Shown here piece after piece: positions 17,901-26,748 of a DNA stretch of 54,501 nt; the first letter of the stretch is position 1; each line of letters opens with the position of its first letter. Origin of the DNA: a virus (Duplodnaviria > Caudoviricetes). Both the position numbers and the translations under genes were made by a program. The stretch spans positions 1-54,501 of IMG/VR virus record IMGVR_UViG_3300017747_002190, one strand, 5' to 3'. The notes under the pieces were generated by a model. It saw only the letters and a list, made by a program, of their open reading frames with translations, did not search any database and was not told the origin of the DNA.

Positions 17901-19906
17901 CTCGCCGCAGCGGGTTGCAGGGTGATGCTGCGCTGCAGGCCGGTCTTGACACGCTGGCGGGCAGCCTGGGCACGACTCGGTCTGAGCTCTTAAGCCAGCT
18001 TGGCACGACAGAGCAGGCGCTGCGTTCGGACTTCGCATCGCAACTGGGCGGCGTGCAGTCCCAGGTCACGCAGCTTGGATCTGAACTCGGCAGTGCCATT
18101 GAAGCGGCGCGTGCTGCCGGCCTTCAAGGCGATGCTGCGCTTCAGGCCGGCCTGACTTCCTTGGCCGGCGACTTGGGCACGACCAAGGATGAACTGCTGT
18201 CTCGACTTGGCATGACAGAGCAGGGCTTGCGCGCTGACTTCGCCTCGCAGTTGGGCGGCGTGCAGACGCAAGTGACAGAGCTTGGCGCCGATCTGAGCAG
18301 CGCAATTGAATCTGCTCGTGCCGCCGGGCTGCAAGGCGATGCCGCACTTCAGGCGGGCTTGGACACGCTCGCCAATAGGCTCGGTACGACGACCGATCAG
18401 TTGCTGTCACAGCTTGGGACTACCGAGTCGGCGCTTCGGTCCCAGTTTGGTGCGCAGATTGGAGAGGTGCAGACTCAGGTTGGTCAGTTGGGCCAGGACC
18501 TTCAGGCTTCGATTGACAGCGCCCGCCGCGCCGGTCTCCAAGGGGATGCTGCACTGCAGGCTGGGCTTGACACGCTGGCCAACAGACTCGGCACTACCAC
18601 TGACCAACTGCTCTCCCAGCTTGGCGCTACGGAGCAAGGCCTGCGGAGTCAGTTTGCGGGCCAGCTTGGCGAGGTGCAGTCAAGCCTGACCGGCCAGATC
18701 GGCGGCGTGGAAGAGCGCCTCAACAGCAGGATTGAGGATCTCGTCGATCAAGGTGTCGACTTCCAGACAGCGACCAACCAAGCGCTGAAGGAAGTCACGG
18801 GCGGCATTGAGACGCTGGCTGAGCAGCAGCAGCAGGAGTCCGAGCGGACGCAAACGGCGATTGGTTCGGTGGAAGAGCGCCTGGGCGACCGGATCAACCA
18901 ACTGATGCAGCAGGGCTTGGACTGGCGAGACGCAACCGATCAGGCCATCGCGGAAGTGTCTGGCTCGGTTTCCAGTCTGGCTGAGGAGACGCGGTCCTCC
19001 ATCGGTGCCTTGGGTTTGGACGTTGAGTCTCAGATTGAAGAGTTCAGAAGGGCACAAGAGGCGGCCGACGCTGCAGCGGCTGAGGCGGCGCGGCAACAGG
19101 CAGCAGAGCAAAAGAGCGCTACCGAGGCGGCCGTCGCCAGGGCCGTTCAGCAGTCGGCGGAAGAGGCCGCTGCTCGTGACGCCGCCCGGCAGGCGGCGGC
19201 GGATGATCAGAGCCGGCGCGACAGGCTCATGGGCCTTGCGTCATCCTTCATCCCTCAAGGCACGTCAGGCGGCGTCAGCGATCCGTACAAGGCGACCTTC
19301 TTGGCGCCTTTCATTGTCGGAGGCAAAGGGCCGGAGAAGTTTGAGGGGCCGCTTTCTGGGTTTCTCAAGCAGGCGACGACTGGCGATTTCTTGCCGGATA
19401 AGCCGCAGCAATCAACGAGGCTTGAAGAGGATCAACAAGTGGGCGCAGATCAGTATTTCGGGAACGCTCAGGCTCTCGCCAACCCGCTGGACGTGTACCA
19501 GCCAGAGCAGGAGTACACCGGGCTGTTTGGCTTCCGAGCCGGCGGCATGGTGCCATTCATGGCTCAGGGCGGCACACGGTATGGCCACAACGCCCACGGG
19601 GCGCTGAACGTGCTGGAGCACTCTGGCAAGCATCGCGTCGACTATCGCCAGGGCGATGCTGTCACCGGCATCGGCGATGGTCAGTCTGACGATATCCCGG
19701 CGATGCTGGCTGACGGCGAATTTGTGATCCCGGCGGACGTTGTGGCGGCGCTGGGCAACGGGTCAACGAAGGCGGGGTCCGATAAACTGTACGAGATGAT
19801 GCACAACATCAGGCGGCATCATCGGTCTGCGGGCCCCAAGGATTTGCCGCCGCCCGCAAAGGCGCCGCTGGAGTACATCAAGTCCCGCAAGGGCAGGAGC
19901 GCATGA
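14987..19906 (+). CDS. Very large acidic internal virion/ejection protein with helical tandem repeats
   Basis: Hydrophobic Gly/Ala segments, 69-aa repeats and a C-terminal GDGQSDDIPAMLADGEFVIPADVV domain; first gene of the ejection cluster. Confidence 0.7.
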   Translation: MAITFSPEALDEMMAMAPAMPAAVESQPTSTRSIPNEYWSWDDPRLGGEVGEYSGPWDMVLKAAGFKGGEIDPITASMTNDRSGIYKARLVGETMNEYGGLDPRYELKFSPEAIRAIDGLRDAGYDLRIKHPDRRTFNQYWGLVTPEGVEDIKIAGSDLGEGLRAAVPYIALLAGPLGAQIGGALGGALGVTSTLGQQAIGSAIVNAGLTAAGGADFGDILRSGVTGLVTPYVPGVVGDIVPKSLGALESVAEKAITSAATSAISGKGDPAAAALGSLAGSAVGAIPGATSVPPAIMQGALELATTGSLSPSTLFNAATSLGKTSGTSQTGSRVGASYDDPLRTTDVVAELGDTIGTSSGGGTLLAGPMDAMDFSAPNRAEQKTQVADYIRNQAENGVAGFKVGSGGVLEVEDRDRGVTHRFTSDGSVLGSVDTVFGSRTGETSSTSAGVKDFLASPYVQGLFQGGEGSGDSGRYMVSEVADEGPATGSLTQEQSDELLKQAEQDLMEEELYQVNPPVTLPSTDVDTAADSGQSVFDQIDQDLGQLALDRQEETRAEQDQEQARKDAEAAEYEQFRLQQEFEQQGQPAATEIVQPPVAETVQEPVQEPVVIPPSPVVDQPVQVQEESAVLPPTTATQEQAQEAVQPPVQPSTGVGPDEVRQIVSDALQANPSLTEQQVQQIVNGAIQNMPAGLTTQDVAQVVDDAISRLPQGPTTADIDSAVNRAMTDVATKSDVADAIRNIQFPEGINQDDVSRAISDYMEQNPGLTASDVAQQVEQALQQLPVYATPSDVDDAVRSGLTGYATSQDVAQLGGNLQAQVQNLNQDLQFAISDAIASGLQGDAALREGLETLAGNLGTTRSELLSRLGASEETLRSELASQLGGVSSQISNVQTLLLDKINAAYSVGLQGDEALRAGLDSLAADLGTTQANLLSQLGTTEAALRSQFGSQIGEVRTQVGQLGQDLQDAIDSARRSGLQGDAALQAGLDTLAGSLGTTRSELLSQLGTTEQALRSDFASQLGGVQSQVTQLGSELGSAIEAARAAGLQGDAALQAGLTSLAGDLGTTKDELLSRLGMTEQGLRADFASQLGGVQTQVTELGADLSSAIESARAAGLQGDAALQAGLDTLANRLGTTTDQLLSQLGTTESALRSQFGAQIGEVQTQVGQLGQDLQASIDSARRAGLQGDAALQAGLDTLANRLGTTTDQLLSQLGATEQGLRSQFAGQLGEVQSSLTGQIGGVEERLNSRIEDLVDQGVDFQTATNQALKEVTGGIETLAEQQQQESERTQTAIGSVEERLGDRINQLMQQGLDWRDATDQAIAEVSGSVSSLAEETRSSIGALGLDVESQIEEFRRAQEAADAAAAEAARQQAAEQKSATEAAVARAVQQSAEEAAARDAARQAAADDQSRRDRLMGLASSFIPQGTSGGVSDPYKATFLAPFIVGGKGPEKFEGPLSGFLKQATTGDFLPDKPQQSTRLEEDQQVGADQYFGNAQALANPLDVYQPEQEYTGLFGFRAGGMVPFMAQGGTRYGHNAHGALNVLEHSGKHRVDYRQGDAVTGIGDGQSDDIPAMLADGEFVIPADVVAALGNGSTKAGSDKLYEMMHNIRRHHRSAGPKDLPPPAKAPLEYIKSRKGRSA
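17498..18690 (+). repeat. Coding tandem repeat, six units with an exact 207-nt (69-aa) period
   Basis: GLQGD(A/E)AL units start at 17498, 17705, 17912, 18119, 18326 and 18533. Confidence 0.95.
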
Positions 19907-20892
19907 TGGGTATCACACAGGGCAGCCCGTTGCCTGACGTCACCGTCACTACGACGAAGGCGGACACGGCACCAGACTACTACACCAACTACCTGAAGAG
20001 CCTTGCCAACGCCGGCAAGACGGCGACGGAAAGCACTGCGGCGACTGGAATCGCCGAATACGACCCTCTGCAGACGCAGGGGTACGGGATGGTGGAGTCG
20101 GGCGCCGGGGCGTACAAGGACTACTTGAAAGACGCCGAAGCGTCGGTTGCCAAGCCGGCAGCGGGTCTTGATGCGGCTCGGATCTCCGCGCTGATGAACC
20201 CGTACCAGACCAACGTCGTCGACGAGATGGCGCGTCTGTCGCAGCAGAACATCCAGCGCAACGTCCTGCCGTCGCTGAAGGCCGGCTTTGTGGGTTCTGG
20301 GAACCTGGGCAGCCAGCGGTACGCCGGTGCCCTGGGGCAGTCTCTGGCGGACGTTCAGGCCAACCTGACGGGTCAGCAGTACGGAGCGCTCAGCAAGGGC
20401 TACAGCGAGGCGCTGAAGGCCGCCATGGACGAACTGACGCTGCAGAACGAAGCGGCGAAGACGCAGCTTGGCATGGCCGAGAAGGCCCAGGCGATGGGCC
20501 TGACGGAGGCTGGTGCGCTGACGAAGGCCGGCGCCGAGAAGCAGGCGTACGAGCAGTCCAAGCTCGACTACCCGATGAAGATGGCGACGGCCGCCTCGGG
20601 CCTGATGCGCGGCTTGCAGATGCCGATGACTCAGTCTGAGCAGCGCGTCGGCCCGCTTGCCGGCGCCTATTCACAGTCTGATCTCTCCAACGTCTTGGGC
20701 ATTTTGTCAATGCTCGGCGCGATGAGGGAAGGTTCTCCGGGAGCCAATTTGATTGGAGATATTGGCGACTGGATAAGTGGCATTGACTGGTCCAGTATTG
20801 TTGGCGGCGGCGGGTCGACTGGCTCAAGCGGCGGCAATACTGATGAGACTGATTACACGGCAGACGAAGACTACATTGGCGGGTTTGATTGA
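19903..20892 (+). CDS. Internal virion/DNA ejection (pilot-like) protein
   Basis: Gln/Ala-rich helical protein; MNPYQTNVVD and GNLGSQR motifs; hydrophobic C-terminal segment. Confidence 0.6.
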   Translation: MMGITQGSPLPDVTVTTTKADTAPDYYTNYLKSLANAGKTATESTAATGIAEYDPLQTQGYGMVESGAGAYKDYLKDAEASVAKPAAGLDAARISALMNPYQTNVVDEMARLSQQNIQRNVLPSLKAGFVGSGNLGSQRYAGALGQSLADVQANLTGQQYGALSKGYSEALKAAMDELTLQNEAAKTQLGMAEKAQAMGLTEAGALTKAGAEKQAYEQSKLDYPMKMATAASGLMRGLQMPMTQSEQRVGPLAGAYSQSDLSNVLGILSMLGAMREGSPGANLIGDIGDWISGIDWSSIVGGGGSTGSSGGNTDETDYTADEDYIGGFD

Positions 20893-20904
20893 TTGGGGAC
20901 TACC

Positions 20905-22485
20905 ATGGCGACGCAATCTGTTTCATACCTCGCCGGGGAAGATCCGGGAACGGCCAAGGCCAACGCTGAGTACCAAGACGCTTTGCAGAAGATGCTTGCG
21001 GCTCTTGACTCGCGCAAGAACCGCATGTTCGACCCGCAGCTTCTTGCGCTTGCCGAGGGCTTCCTGACGCCGACGAAGACGGGATCCTTCGGCGAGAGCC
21101 TGGGCTACGCCGCGGGCAGCTTGCGTCAATCCCAGGAGCGGCAGGCCGAGCAGGACCAGAAGCTCGCAGAGGCCCGCCTGGGGCTGGCCGGCAAGGGCCT
21201 GGAGTTGGAGCGGCAGCGAGCGCGGGAGCGGGCCTTCATGCAGGAGATCGGCGCCCCCGCCGAGGCTGCGGCCATGCCTACGCCGGGCGGCCCGGCAGGC
21301 GCTGCTCCCAACGGTGCCCCGGGCGCTGTCCCGGCTGGCGGCCAGCCCGCTGCTGGCGTCGCTGCGCCGCAGGGGATTCGTGTCTCACCGGGAGCCCCCA
21401 AGTTCCCGACGCGGGAGCAGTTCCTGCGCAGGCAGATGCTGGACGGGAAGCCGCTCACTGACGCGATGAAAGCGTGGGAAGACCTGCGCAAGCAAAACGA
21501 AGAGGTCCGAGATGTTGGCACGCTGAACCGAGCCACGGGGATGTTCTATCCCAACCCCAACGTCTCTGAGGTTGAGAGGAAGGTCGGTCAGTCGACGTAC
21601 ACCATGCCGGCCGGTGTTGCTTTCCGGCTGGACGCCGCTCTTCTGTCTGGCGACCGTGAGGGCTACAACAATATGGTGAAGGAGTTCCTCGCCGGCCCGA
21701 CGGGCGAGCCTCCGAAGTCGAAACAAGAGTCGGAGATTCAGCAGGAAGAGGCCAAGACCTACGCCGCTGAGATGGCCAAGAAGGCGGCAGAGAAGGAGGC
21801 CGCGCTTGAGCAGCGCAATCAGGCTGCGCAGCGCGCTTTCGGCAGTGCCACTCGCATCATCGATCTTGCCGCGCGGAGTCCGCAGGCTCTTGGCATCTTG
21901 AATCAAGCCAATGTGATGGGTGCGATTGGAACTCTTCTCAAGGAGTCGATTCGAGTCGGCAACACGTCCGTTGGCCTTGGCGATATTGAGGGTGCGCTTC
22001 GTCAGGTCATGCCGAATGTGCAGAAGGCAGACCTTGACCGAGTTGCATTGATTGCAAGCGAATTGGCGGAAGTCGAACTTGCGTTCACGCAACTGTACTT
22101 GGCCAAGCAGGGGGCGATCACTGAAGGCGAGCGGGCGATTGTTCGACAACTTGGCGGCAGCATCAGCAACAGCGCCGAGGTGTTGATCAAGAAGTCGCAA
22201 CTGCTGGCTGCCCGGTCTCAGCATGACATGAACGTGGCTGACAAGTTCTATGCCATGAAGGACGCCGACCCCAAGTTGACGTACCTGCAGTTTGAGCGGT
22301 CCCCTGAGTACCGAGAGATGACCAAGAGGTACAACGAAGACTTGGCGCGTCAGTTCGGTGGTCAGGCTGCCGTTCCTCGGCCGGCAGGCGCCGCTCCTGC
22401 ACGACCGGCCGCTGGGAGTGTGCCATCTGGCGCGGCGCCATTCTCCGGTGCGCGTCAGCGCGTTGACCAAATGCTTGGAAGGTGA
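20905..22485 (+). CDS. Internal virion/DNA ejection protein
   Basis: LLALAEGFLTPTKTGSFGESLG N-terminus, coiled coils and QGAITEGER motif; lies in the ejection cluster. Confidence 0.6.
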   Translation: MATQSVSYLAGEDPGTAKANAEYQDALQKMLAALDSRKNRMFDPQLLALAEGFLTPTKTGSFGESLGYAAGSLRQSQERQAEQDQKLAEARLGLAGKGLELERQRARERAFMQEIGAPAEAAAMPTPGGPAGAAPNGAPGAVPAGGQPAAGVAAPQGIRVSPGAPKFPTREQFLRRQMLDGKPLTDAMKAWEDLRKQNEEVRDVGTLNRATGMFYPNPNVSEVERKVGQSTYTMPAGVAFRLDAALLSGDREGYNNMVKEFLAGPTGEPPKSKQESEIQQEEAKTYAAEMAKKAAEKEAALEQRNQAAQRAFGSATRIIDLAARSPQALGILNQANVMGAIGTLLKESIRVGNTSVGLGDIEGALRQVMPNVQKADLDRVALIASELAEVELAFTQLYLAKQGAITEGERAIVRQLGGSISNSAEVLIKKSQLLAARSQHDMNVADKFYAMKDADPKLTYLQFERSPEYREMTKRYNEDLARQFGGQAAVPRPAGAAPARPAAGSVPSGAAPFSGARQRVDQMLGR

Positions 22486-22487
22486 TC

Positions 22488-24047
22488 ATGGCCGACCTGT
22501 CGTTCATGTCCGAGTTGACCGATGAGCAGCGGCAGTACGCCGAGGTCATCAGGTCAAAGGCCCGAGAGATGGGCATCCCGCCAGAGTTGGCGGTGGCTGT
22601 CGCCTATCAAGAGAGCCGGCTGAACCCGGCAACCCCGGCGAACCGGAGGGGTGCGGTGGGCATCATGCAGGTGCGGCCGGTCGCTGCTCAAGACGTCGGG
22701 GTTGACCCGACCAAGCTGCAGGACCCGGGAACCAACATTGACGCCGGCCTGCGCTACCTGAAGAAGGCGCTGAACGAGACCGGTGACCCCAGGCTGGCGG
22801 TGATCTACTACAACGCCGGGCCGGGCCGACTGGCAGATTTCGACCGTGGCGGGGATCTCCCGAAGGAGACCGAAACCTATCTCCGGTCGCTGAAGGCCTA
22901 CGGCGCCTTCAACCCTCCGGCCGAGCAACCTGCTGCACAGCCTGCTGCAGAGGTTCCGGCTCAGTCTGCCTCTCAGTCGGGCGGAGTCGACTTTGCGGCT
23001 CTCCAGCGACAGGTTGAAGAGGGGGCAAACGCTCAAGAGCGCCGCATGGCGCAGCTTGTGGGGCTGGCCGGCGGGACTGGATTGGCTGGTGCTCGTGCTG
23101 GCGTGGACTTGGGCGCCAAAGGGGCGCAGGGAGCCGGCAAGGCGTTCGGGCAGGGGATGGCTCAGGCGGCAGCGGCTGCGGCCCCTGGCGGGGCTCCTGC
23201 GGGCCTTCCTGGGGCTCCTGGAGGACCGGGCGCTCCCGGCATGGCTCCGCCCGGGGGTGCTCCGCTGACTCCTGGCGGTACACGGCCGCCGCCGTTTGCT
23301 TCGCAGCCTGGGGCGCCGCAGGCGTTCCCTCGGGCGGTCGGGCCTGGACAGGGCGTGGTCAACACCGGCCGGGCTTTCGGGCTGACGCCAATCGAGGCGG
23401 CTCAGGCTACGGGCATGACGAAGCAAGAGGGCGGCGTCTGGGATCTGATCAACAAGGCCCAAGAGGGCCGCGGGCGGGTTGCTCAGTTGGGCGGCGGGTT
23501 CGTTGAGAATCCCATGTTTGGTGGCCTTATGACCCCGGAGCAGGGGGTCGGAGGCGGCCCCCGAGCGAGCTACGTCTCGACTGCCGGCGGGCTGCAGGCT
23601 TTGCCACCTCGCGCCCCGGTTCCCACAACCCCGCCTCCGGCCGGAGCCTTGGAGCAGGTCACGCAGACCTTCAAGCGCATGGCGGACACCGGGCTGAACA
23701 TGGCAGGCCGGGCGATGCGGTACGTTGCGCCTCCCTTGGCCATGGCTCAGGGTGCCGGTGAGCTCATCAGCGCGAAGCAGGCCATGCAGCGCGAACAGCC
23801 CGACTACCTGGAGGCGGCTCTCAGGGGCCTGGGCGGCACCGCTGCGGTGGCGAGCGCCTTCACCCCGGCCGCTCTGCCGGTGGCCGTAGGCGCTCCTCTG
23901 GCCCAGGCGTTCCGCGAGCGCATGGCTGAGAATGCCCGGCGGTTCCCGGCTGACACCCGGCCGCTGACGCCAGAGGAAGAGGAGAGGGCCAGCCGCCCGG
24001 TGACGTTCTACCGCACGGGCGACAGGCGGTTCGCGTCGAGGCCCTAG
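22488..24047 (+). CDS. Ejection protein with an N-terminal lytic transglycosylase (SLT) domain
   Basis: AVAYQESRLNP, GAVGIMQV, NIDAGLRYL, YYNAGPG and ETETYL SLT motifs. Confidence 0.88.
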   Translation: MADLSFMSELTDEQRQYAEVIRSKAREMGIPPELAVAVAYQESRLNPATPANRRGAVGIMQVRPVAAQDVGVDPTKLQDPGTNIDAGLRYLKKALNETGDPRLAVIYYNAGPGRLADFDRGGDLPKETETYLRSLKAYGAFNPPAEQPAAQPAAEVPAQSASQSGGVDFAALQRQVEEGANAQERRMAQLVGLAGGTGLAGARAGVDLGAKGAQGAGKAFGQGMAQAAAAAAPGGAPAGLPGAPGGPGAPGMAPPGGAPLTPGGTRPPPFASQPGAPQAFPRAVGPGQGVVNTGRAFGLTPIEAAQATGMTKQEGGVWDLINKAQEGRGRVAQLGGGFVENPMFGGLMTPEQGVGGGPRASYVSTAGGLQALPPRAPVPTTPPPAGALEQVTQTFKRMADTGLNMAGRAMRYVAPPLAMAQGAGELISAKQAMQREQPDYLEAALRGLGGTAAVASAFTPAALPVAVGAPLAQAFRERMAENARRFPADTRPLTPEEEERASRPVTFYRTGDRRFASRP

Positions 24048-24259
24048 ACCGACTTCTCCAGAAGATCCGCCAGCGGCACATCGTGCTGGCGGATGATCGC
24101 CACGCACCGGGCGTGCTCCTTCTTCCGGTGCTCAATGCTCAGCACGGCGTCGAGCTTCTGAGCGAAGTCGAGCAGGTTCACGTCGTCGGCATAGACCCCC
24201 TTCGGGTCTTTGTCGTTGACGTAGAAGAAGACGTTCTTGACCAGGGTTTCGTCGATCAC
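24044..24259 (-). CDS. Hypothetical protein, last gene of the leftward early operon
   Basis: GTGA overlap with the upstream gene; 71 aa. Confidence 0.6.
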   Translation of the reverse strand: MIDETLVKNVFFYVNDKDPKGVYADDVNLLDFAQKLDAVLSIEHRKKEHARCVAIIRQHDVPLADLLEKSV

Positions 24260-24462
24260 TTCTTCGCCCTCCAGAGTTCCCACATCGTGATGGCGTTTCG
24301 TGCGATGGCTCGCGTAGGAACCGACTTGTACGGGAAATCCTTGTCGTTGAAGAATTCCTCAATGGACGACTGCTCATTCAGAAACGTCTGATGCAGCCTC
24401 GCTGCACGTTCCGAGTTGAAAAGCTGACCGTCGGTGGTCTCGAATGCGGATACGGTTTTCAT
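24256..24462 (-). CDS. Hypothetical protein
   Basis: MKTVSAFETTDGQLFNSERAARLH...; ATGA coupling. Confidence 0.65.
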   Translation of the reverse strand: MKTVSAFETTDGQLFNSERAARLHQTFLNEQSSIEEFFNDKDFPYKSVPTRAIARNAITMWELWRAKK

Positions 24463-25214
24463 TGGTGGTTGTTCTTCAGTTGCCAGAAAGTCAGGAGTGA
24501 GTGGAACATCTTCCAGCCTACTTGGAGTTCCTCCTGCGTCCACTCCTTGAAGACGCACAGGCCGGGAACTGATCGAGAGACGAACGCGTTGGCGCATCTC
24601 GCCTCTGGCATGCCCATGCCGACCCGGTAGGCGGCAAGCTGCATCAGGTGCTCGTCGTACCCGTCGACCCTGGACGGATCGGTGAACTCCTTGGTCTTGA
24701 CGTCGACCACGAAGCCGGGGGCGTGCAGGTCCAGTTTCCCGCCGAATCCAGCCTCGTGGGCGAACGATCGCTCGGCCGCCCAGGGCTGCATGCCGAAGAG
24801 CCCTTCCAGCGCCTTGTGGAAGCCCTGGACGTGCTCTTGGTGCCTGTCTCGGGGCTCGCCTCGGTAGAACGCCTCGATCGACGCGTGGATGTCGGTGCCG
24901 GCGTCCGCGGCGGATCGGGCGGCGTCCTTGGAGTCGTCCAGGATGCGGGAGATGTACTCGTCGTCGGACTCGGCGTCGACCTTGGGGAGCGTCAGGGCAG
25001 CCAGCAGCACCTGCTCCTGTTTCCAGCGGTCTAGACCGGGCTTGGCTGCGACGTTGATGATCGTCGTGACCGAGGGTACAAGGTTGTGCTTCCGAGCGTC
25101 TCTGAGCGTCGTTGGGCGGAGCTTGCCGTTGGCCCCGAGTATCTTGTAGGTCGGATCGCCGTTGCGGGCGTACCAGTGGCCGGACTCTGCGGCGTGAGAG
25201 GCGATCAGGGACAT
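24459..25214 (-). CDS. PD-(D/E)XK exonuclease (RecB/Cas4-like recombination nuclease)
   Basis: PSVTTI, GTDIH, GFGGKLDL, VVDVKT and QLAAY motifs. Confidence 0.85.
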   Translation of the reverse strand: MSLIASHAAESGHWYARNGDPTYKILGANGKLRPTTLRDARKHNLVPSVTTIINVAAKPGLDRWKQEQVLLAALTLPKVDAESDDEYISRILDDSKDAARSAADAGTDIHASIEAFYRGEPRDRHQEHVQGFHKALEGLFGMQPWAAERSFAHEAGFGGKLDLHAPGFVVDVKTKEFTDPSRVDGYDEHLMQLAAYRVGMGMPEARCANAFVSRSVPGLCVFKEWTQEELQVGWKMFHSLLTFWQLKNNHQ

Positions 25215-25675
25215 GGTTGGGGCACCTTGAGGTTGGTTGGTAGCTTCTTGCGCATGTCTATGCGCTCCTCGGCTTGGAATTTCTGACTGTGGGTGAGGTT
25301 GGCCAGCAGGTCTACCCAGCTTGCCTGCAGGTCGCGCAGGGCGGCAAGTTCGCCGGCACGGACGGCCCGAGTGCCGGTGCGAGTGAGGATGTCGACGCAC
25401 GCCTGATGCGCTGCCTTGATGACGCCCTGGCTGTCTTTTGCCAGCCGGTCGATCACGAGTTGCTCGGCCAGGGCAGCGGCGGCGAAGATGGCGTCCCACT
25501 GCTCCAGCGTGGCTTGCCCGCGGCCGACAGACGTGATCGCATCGTCGAGCTCCAGCGCCCACACCGTTCGGTCGTCGAGCGACAGCAGGGTCGCGCCTGT
25601 CAGCGCCACCACATTAGCCTGGGGGTTCACTCCCCGGGGGCGGTAGGCTTTACGAGGACGACTGCTGCGCGGCAT
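25205..25675 (-). CDS. Hypothetical protein
   Basis: 156-aa ORF in the coupled leftward operon; basic N-terminus RPRKAYRPR. Confidence 0.65.
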   Translation of the reverse strand: MPRSSRPRKAYRPRGVNPQANVVALTGATLLSLDDRTVWALELDDAITSVGRGQATLEQWDAIFAAAALAEQLVIDRLAKDSQGVIKAAHQACVDILTRTGTRAVRAGELAALRDLQASWVDLLANLTHSQKFQAEERIDMRKKLPTNLKVPQPCP

Positions 25676-25841
25676 CTGTCATCCTTGATACGCAAGACGT
25701 CTCCAGCACCCACGGGCCGATCCAGACCGAGCGGATGGCTGCAGGATGCAGCGGGCTGACCTTAATGTTGCGCAGGCAGTCCTCGCACTCGGGCTTGTGT
25801 GCCCCGGCGCACCGGGCTGTGTCATTGGGGAGGTAGTTCAT
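25650..25841 (-). CDS. Small Cys-containing hypothetical protein
   Basis: MNYLPNDTARCAGAHKPECEDCLR...; ATGA coupling. Confidence 0.6.
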   Translation of the reverse strand: MNYLPNDTARCAGAHKPECEDCLRNIKVSPLHPAAIRSVWIGPWVLETSCVSRMTDAAQQSSS

Positions 25842-25933
25842 GCCAACCCCGCCAGTTTGAACGCCAACTCCGTTGGCACTGTCCGTTGCACATACGCCCG
25901 ATGCAGCGGGCACCAATAGTGGATGGTGGTCAT
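25838..25933 (-). CDS. 31-aa mini-protein
   Basis: MTTIHYWCPLHRAYVQRTVPTELAFKLAGLA; ATGA overlaps on both sides. Confidence 0.5.
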   Translation of the reverse strand: MTTIHYWCPLHRAYVQRTVPTELAFKLAGLA

Positions 25934-26094
25934 TTCGCCTCTCCTTCTGCCCGCGCCTTGGCGTATGCTTCTCTCATCGCGTCACTCATGCGCTTCATGT
26001 TGGCCCGCACAGTTCCCCACGCCCTGCGCTGTCTTGCGGCGTAGATGTACCAGGGATACAGGTGGTCTTTGATCCTGCGGATGCGGCGTCTCAT
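25930..26094 (-). CDS. 54-aa basic hypothetical protein
   Basis: MRRRIRRIKDHLYPWYIYAARQRRAWG...; ATGA overlaps on both sides. Confidence 0.5.
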   Translation of the reverse strand: MRRRIRRIKDHLYPWYIYAARQRRAWGTVRANMKRMSDAMREAYAKARAEGEAK

Positions 26095-26375
26095 TTGTTC
26101 CCCCTCGCTCTGATTTCAGCAGCACACCGCTGCGCAATCCCTTCGATGCTTGCGTGTTGGTCGCAGATGTCGGCGCAGGCGGCGCGTTCTGCTGCGGCAC
26201 CGGCCTCAAACCCTTCCCGATGCGACATGAACTTGGATGGGTCAATGTTGGAGAGTGTGTGTGCGGCGACGAGGGCGGCGAAGTGCGTAAGTTCACCATG
26301 TTCAAGCACAAAGAACTTGCCGTCCTCGTACAGCCCGGCCTCTCTCGCCATGCGGATGATGTCTTCTTGGGTCAT
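26091..26375 (-). CDS. Hypothetical phage protein
   Basis: MTQEDIIRMAREAG...FAALVAA...AERAACADIC...CAAEIRARG, a pattern common in proteobacterial phages. Confidence 0.7.
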   Translation of the reverse strand: MTQEDIIRMAREAGLYEDGKFFVLEHGELTHFAALVAAHTLSNIDPSKFMSHREGFEAGAAAERAACADICDQHASIEGIAQRCAAEIRARGNK

Positions 26376-26599
26376 GTCCTGCTCCTCTCCGGCCACGATG
26401 CGGGCCTGTCGGTCCATTCAATGTCGTCCCAAAAACTTTCGACATATGCAGACCCTGCCGCTTCCTCGGCTGTCATCCCTATGTGCGCCGGACGGCTCCA
26501 CGCTCGGCCATTCCACCAACGCAGGACATCTGGATTACGGCGTGTACTCGCCGGCCACCAGCCGACAGAAGGCGGCGGGCCTTTGTGCCATGTGGTCAT
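26372..26599 (-). CDS. Trp-rich hypothetical protein
   Basis: WHKGPPPSVGWWPAS...RWWNGRAWS; coupled to its neighbours. Confidence 0.65.
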   Translation of the reverse strand: MTTWHKGPPPSVGWWPASTRRNPDVLRWWNGRAWSRPAHIGMTAEEAAGSAYVESFWDDIEWTDRPASWPERSRT

Positions 26600-26748
26600 G
26601 TATTCGCTCCTTCTGCTTTTGCGATTGCGGCGCGGAGGGCGGTGATGGCCTCATTCAGTGGGGTGTGGTTCTGCGCCACTGAGTTGAGGTCGGATGCCCA
26701 CTCCAACGCCTCCAGCGCCTGCTGGGCGGCTTGTCTTAGGTCAGTCAT
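26596..26748 (-). CDS. 50-aa hypothetical protein
   Basis: MTDLRQAAQQALEALE...AITALRAAIAKAEG; ATGA overlaps. Confidence 0.6.
   Translation of the reverse strand: MTDLRQAAQQALEALEWASDLNSVAQNHTPLNEAITALRAAIAKAEGANT

Noticed and set aside
17498-18690. Regularly spaced repeats as a CRISPR array or non-coding repeat
   Set aside because: The period is a multiple of 3, the units diverge at synonymous sites within one ORF, and there are no unique spacers or cas genes.
21385-24107. Long minus-strand ORFs (e.g. 21385-22470, 22554-24107; likewise 41546-43003, 43034-44464, 45998-47350)
   Set aside because: Antisense shadows of GC3-rich genes with no recognisable motifs or ribosome-binding sites.
24459-25214. 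Cas4-like nuclease as evidence of a CRISPR system
   Set aside because: A stand-alone PD-(D/E)XK exonuclease in a recombination operon, lacking the Fe-S cysteine set, with no array or other cas genes.
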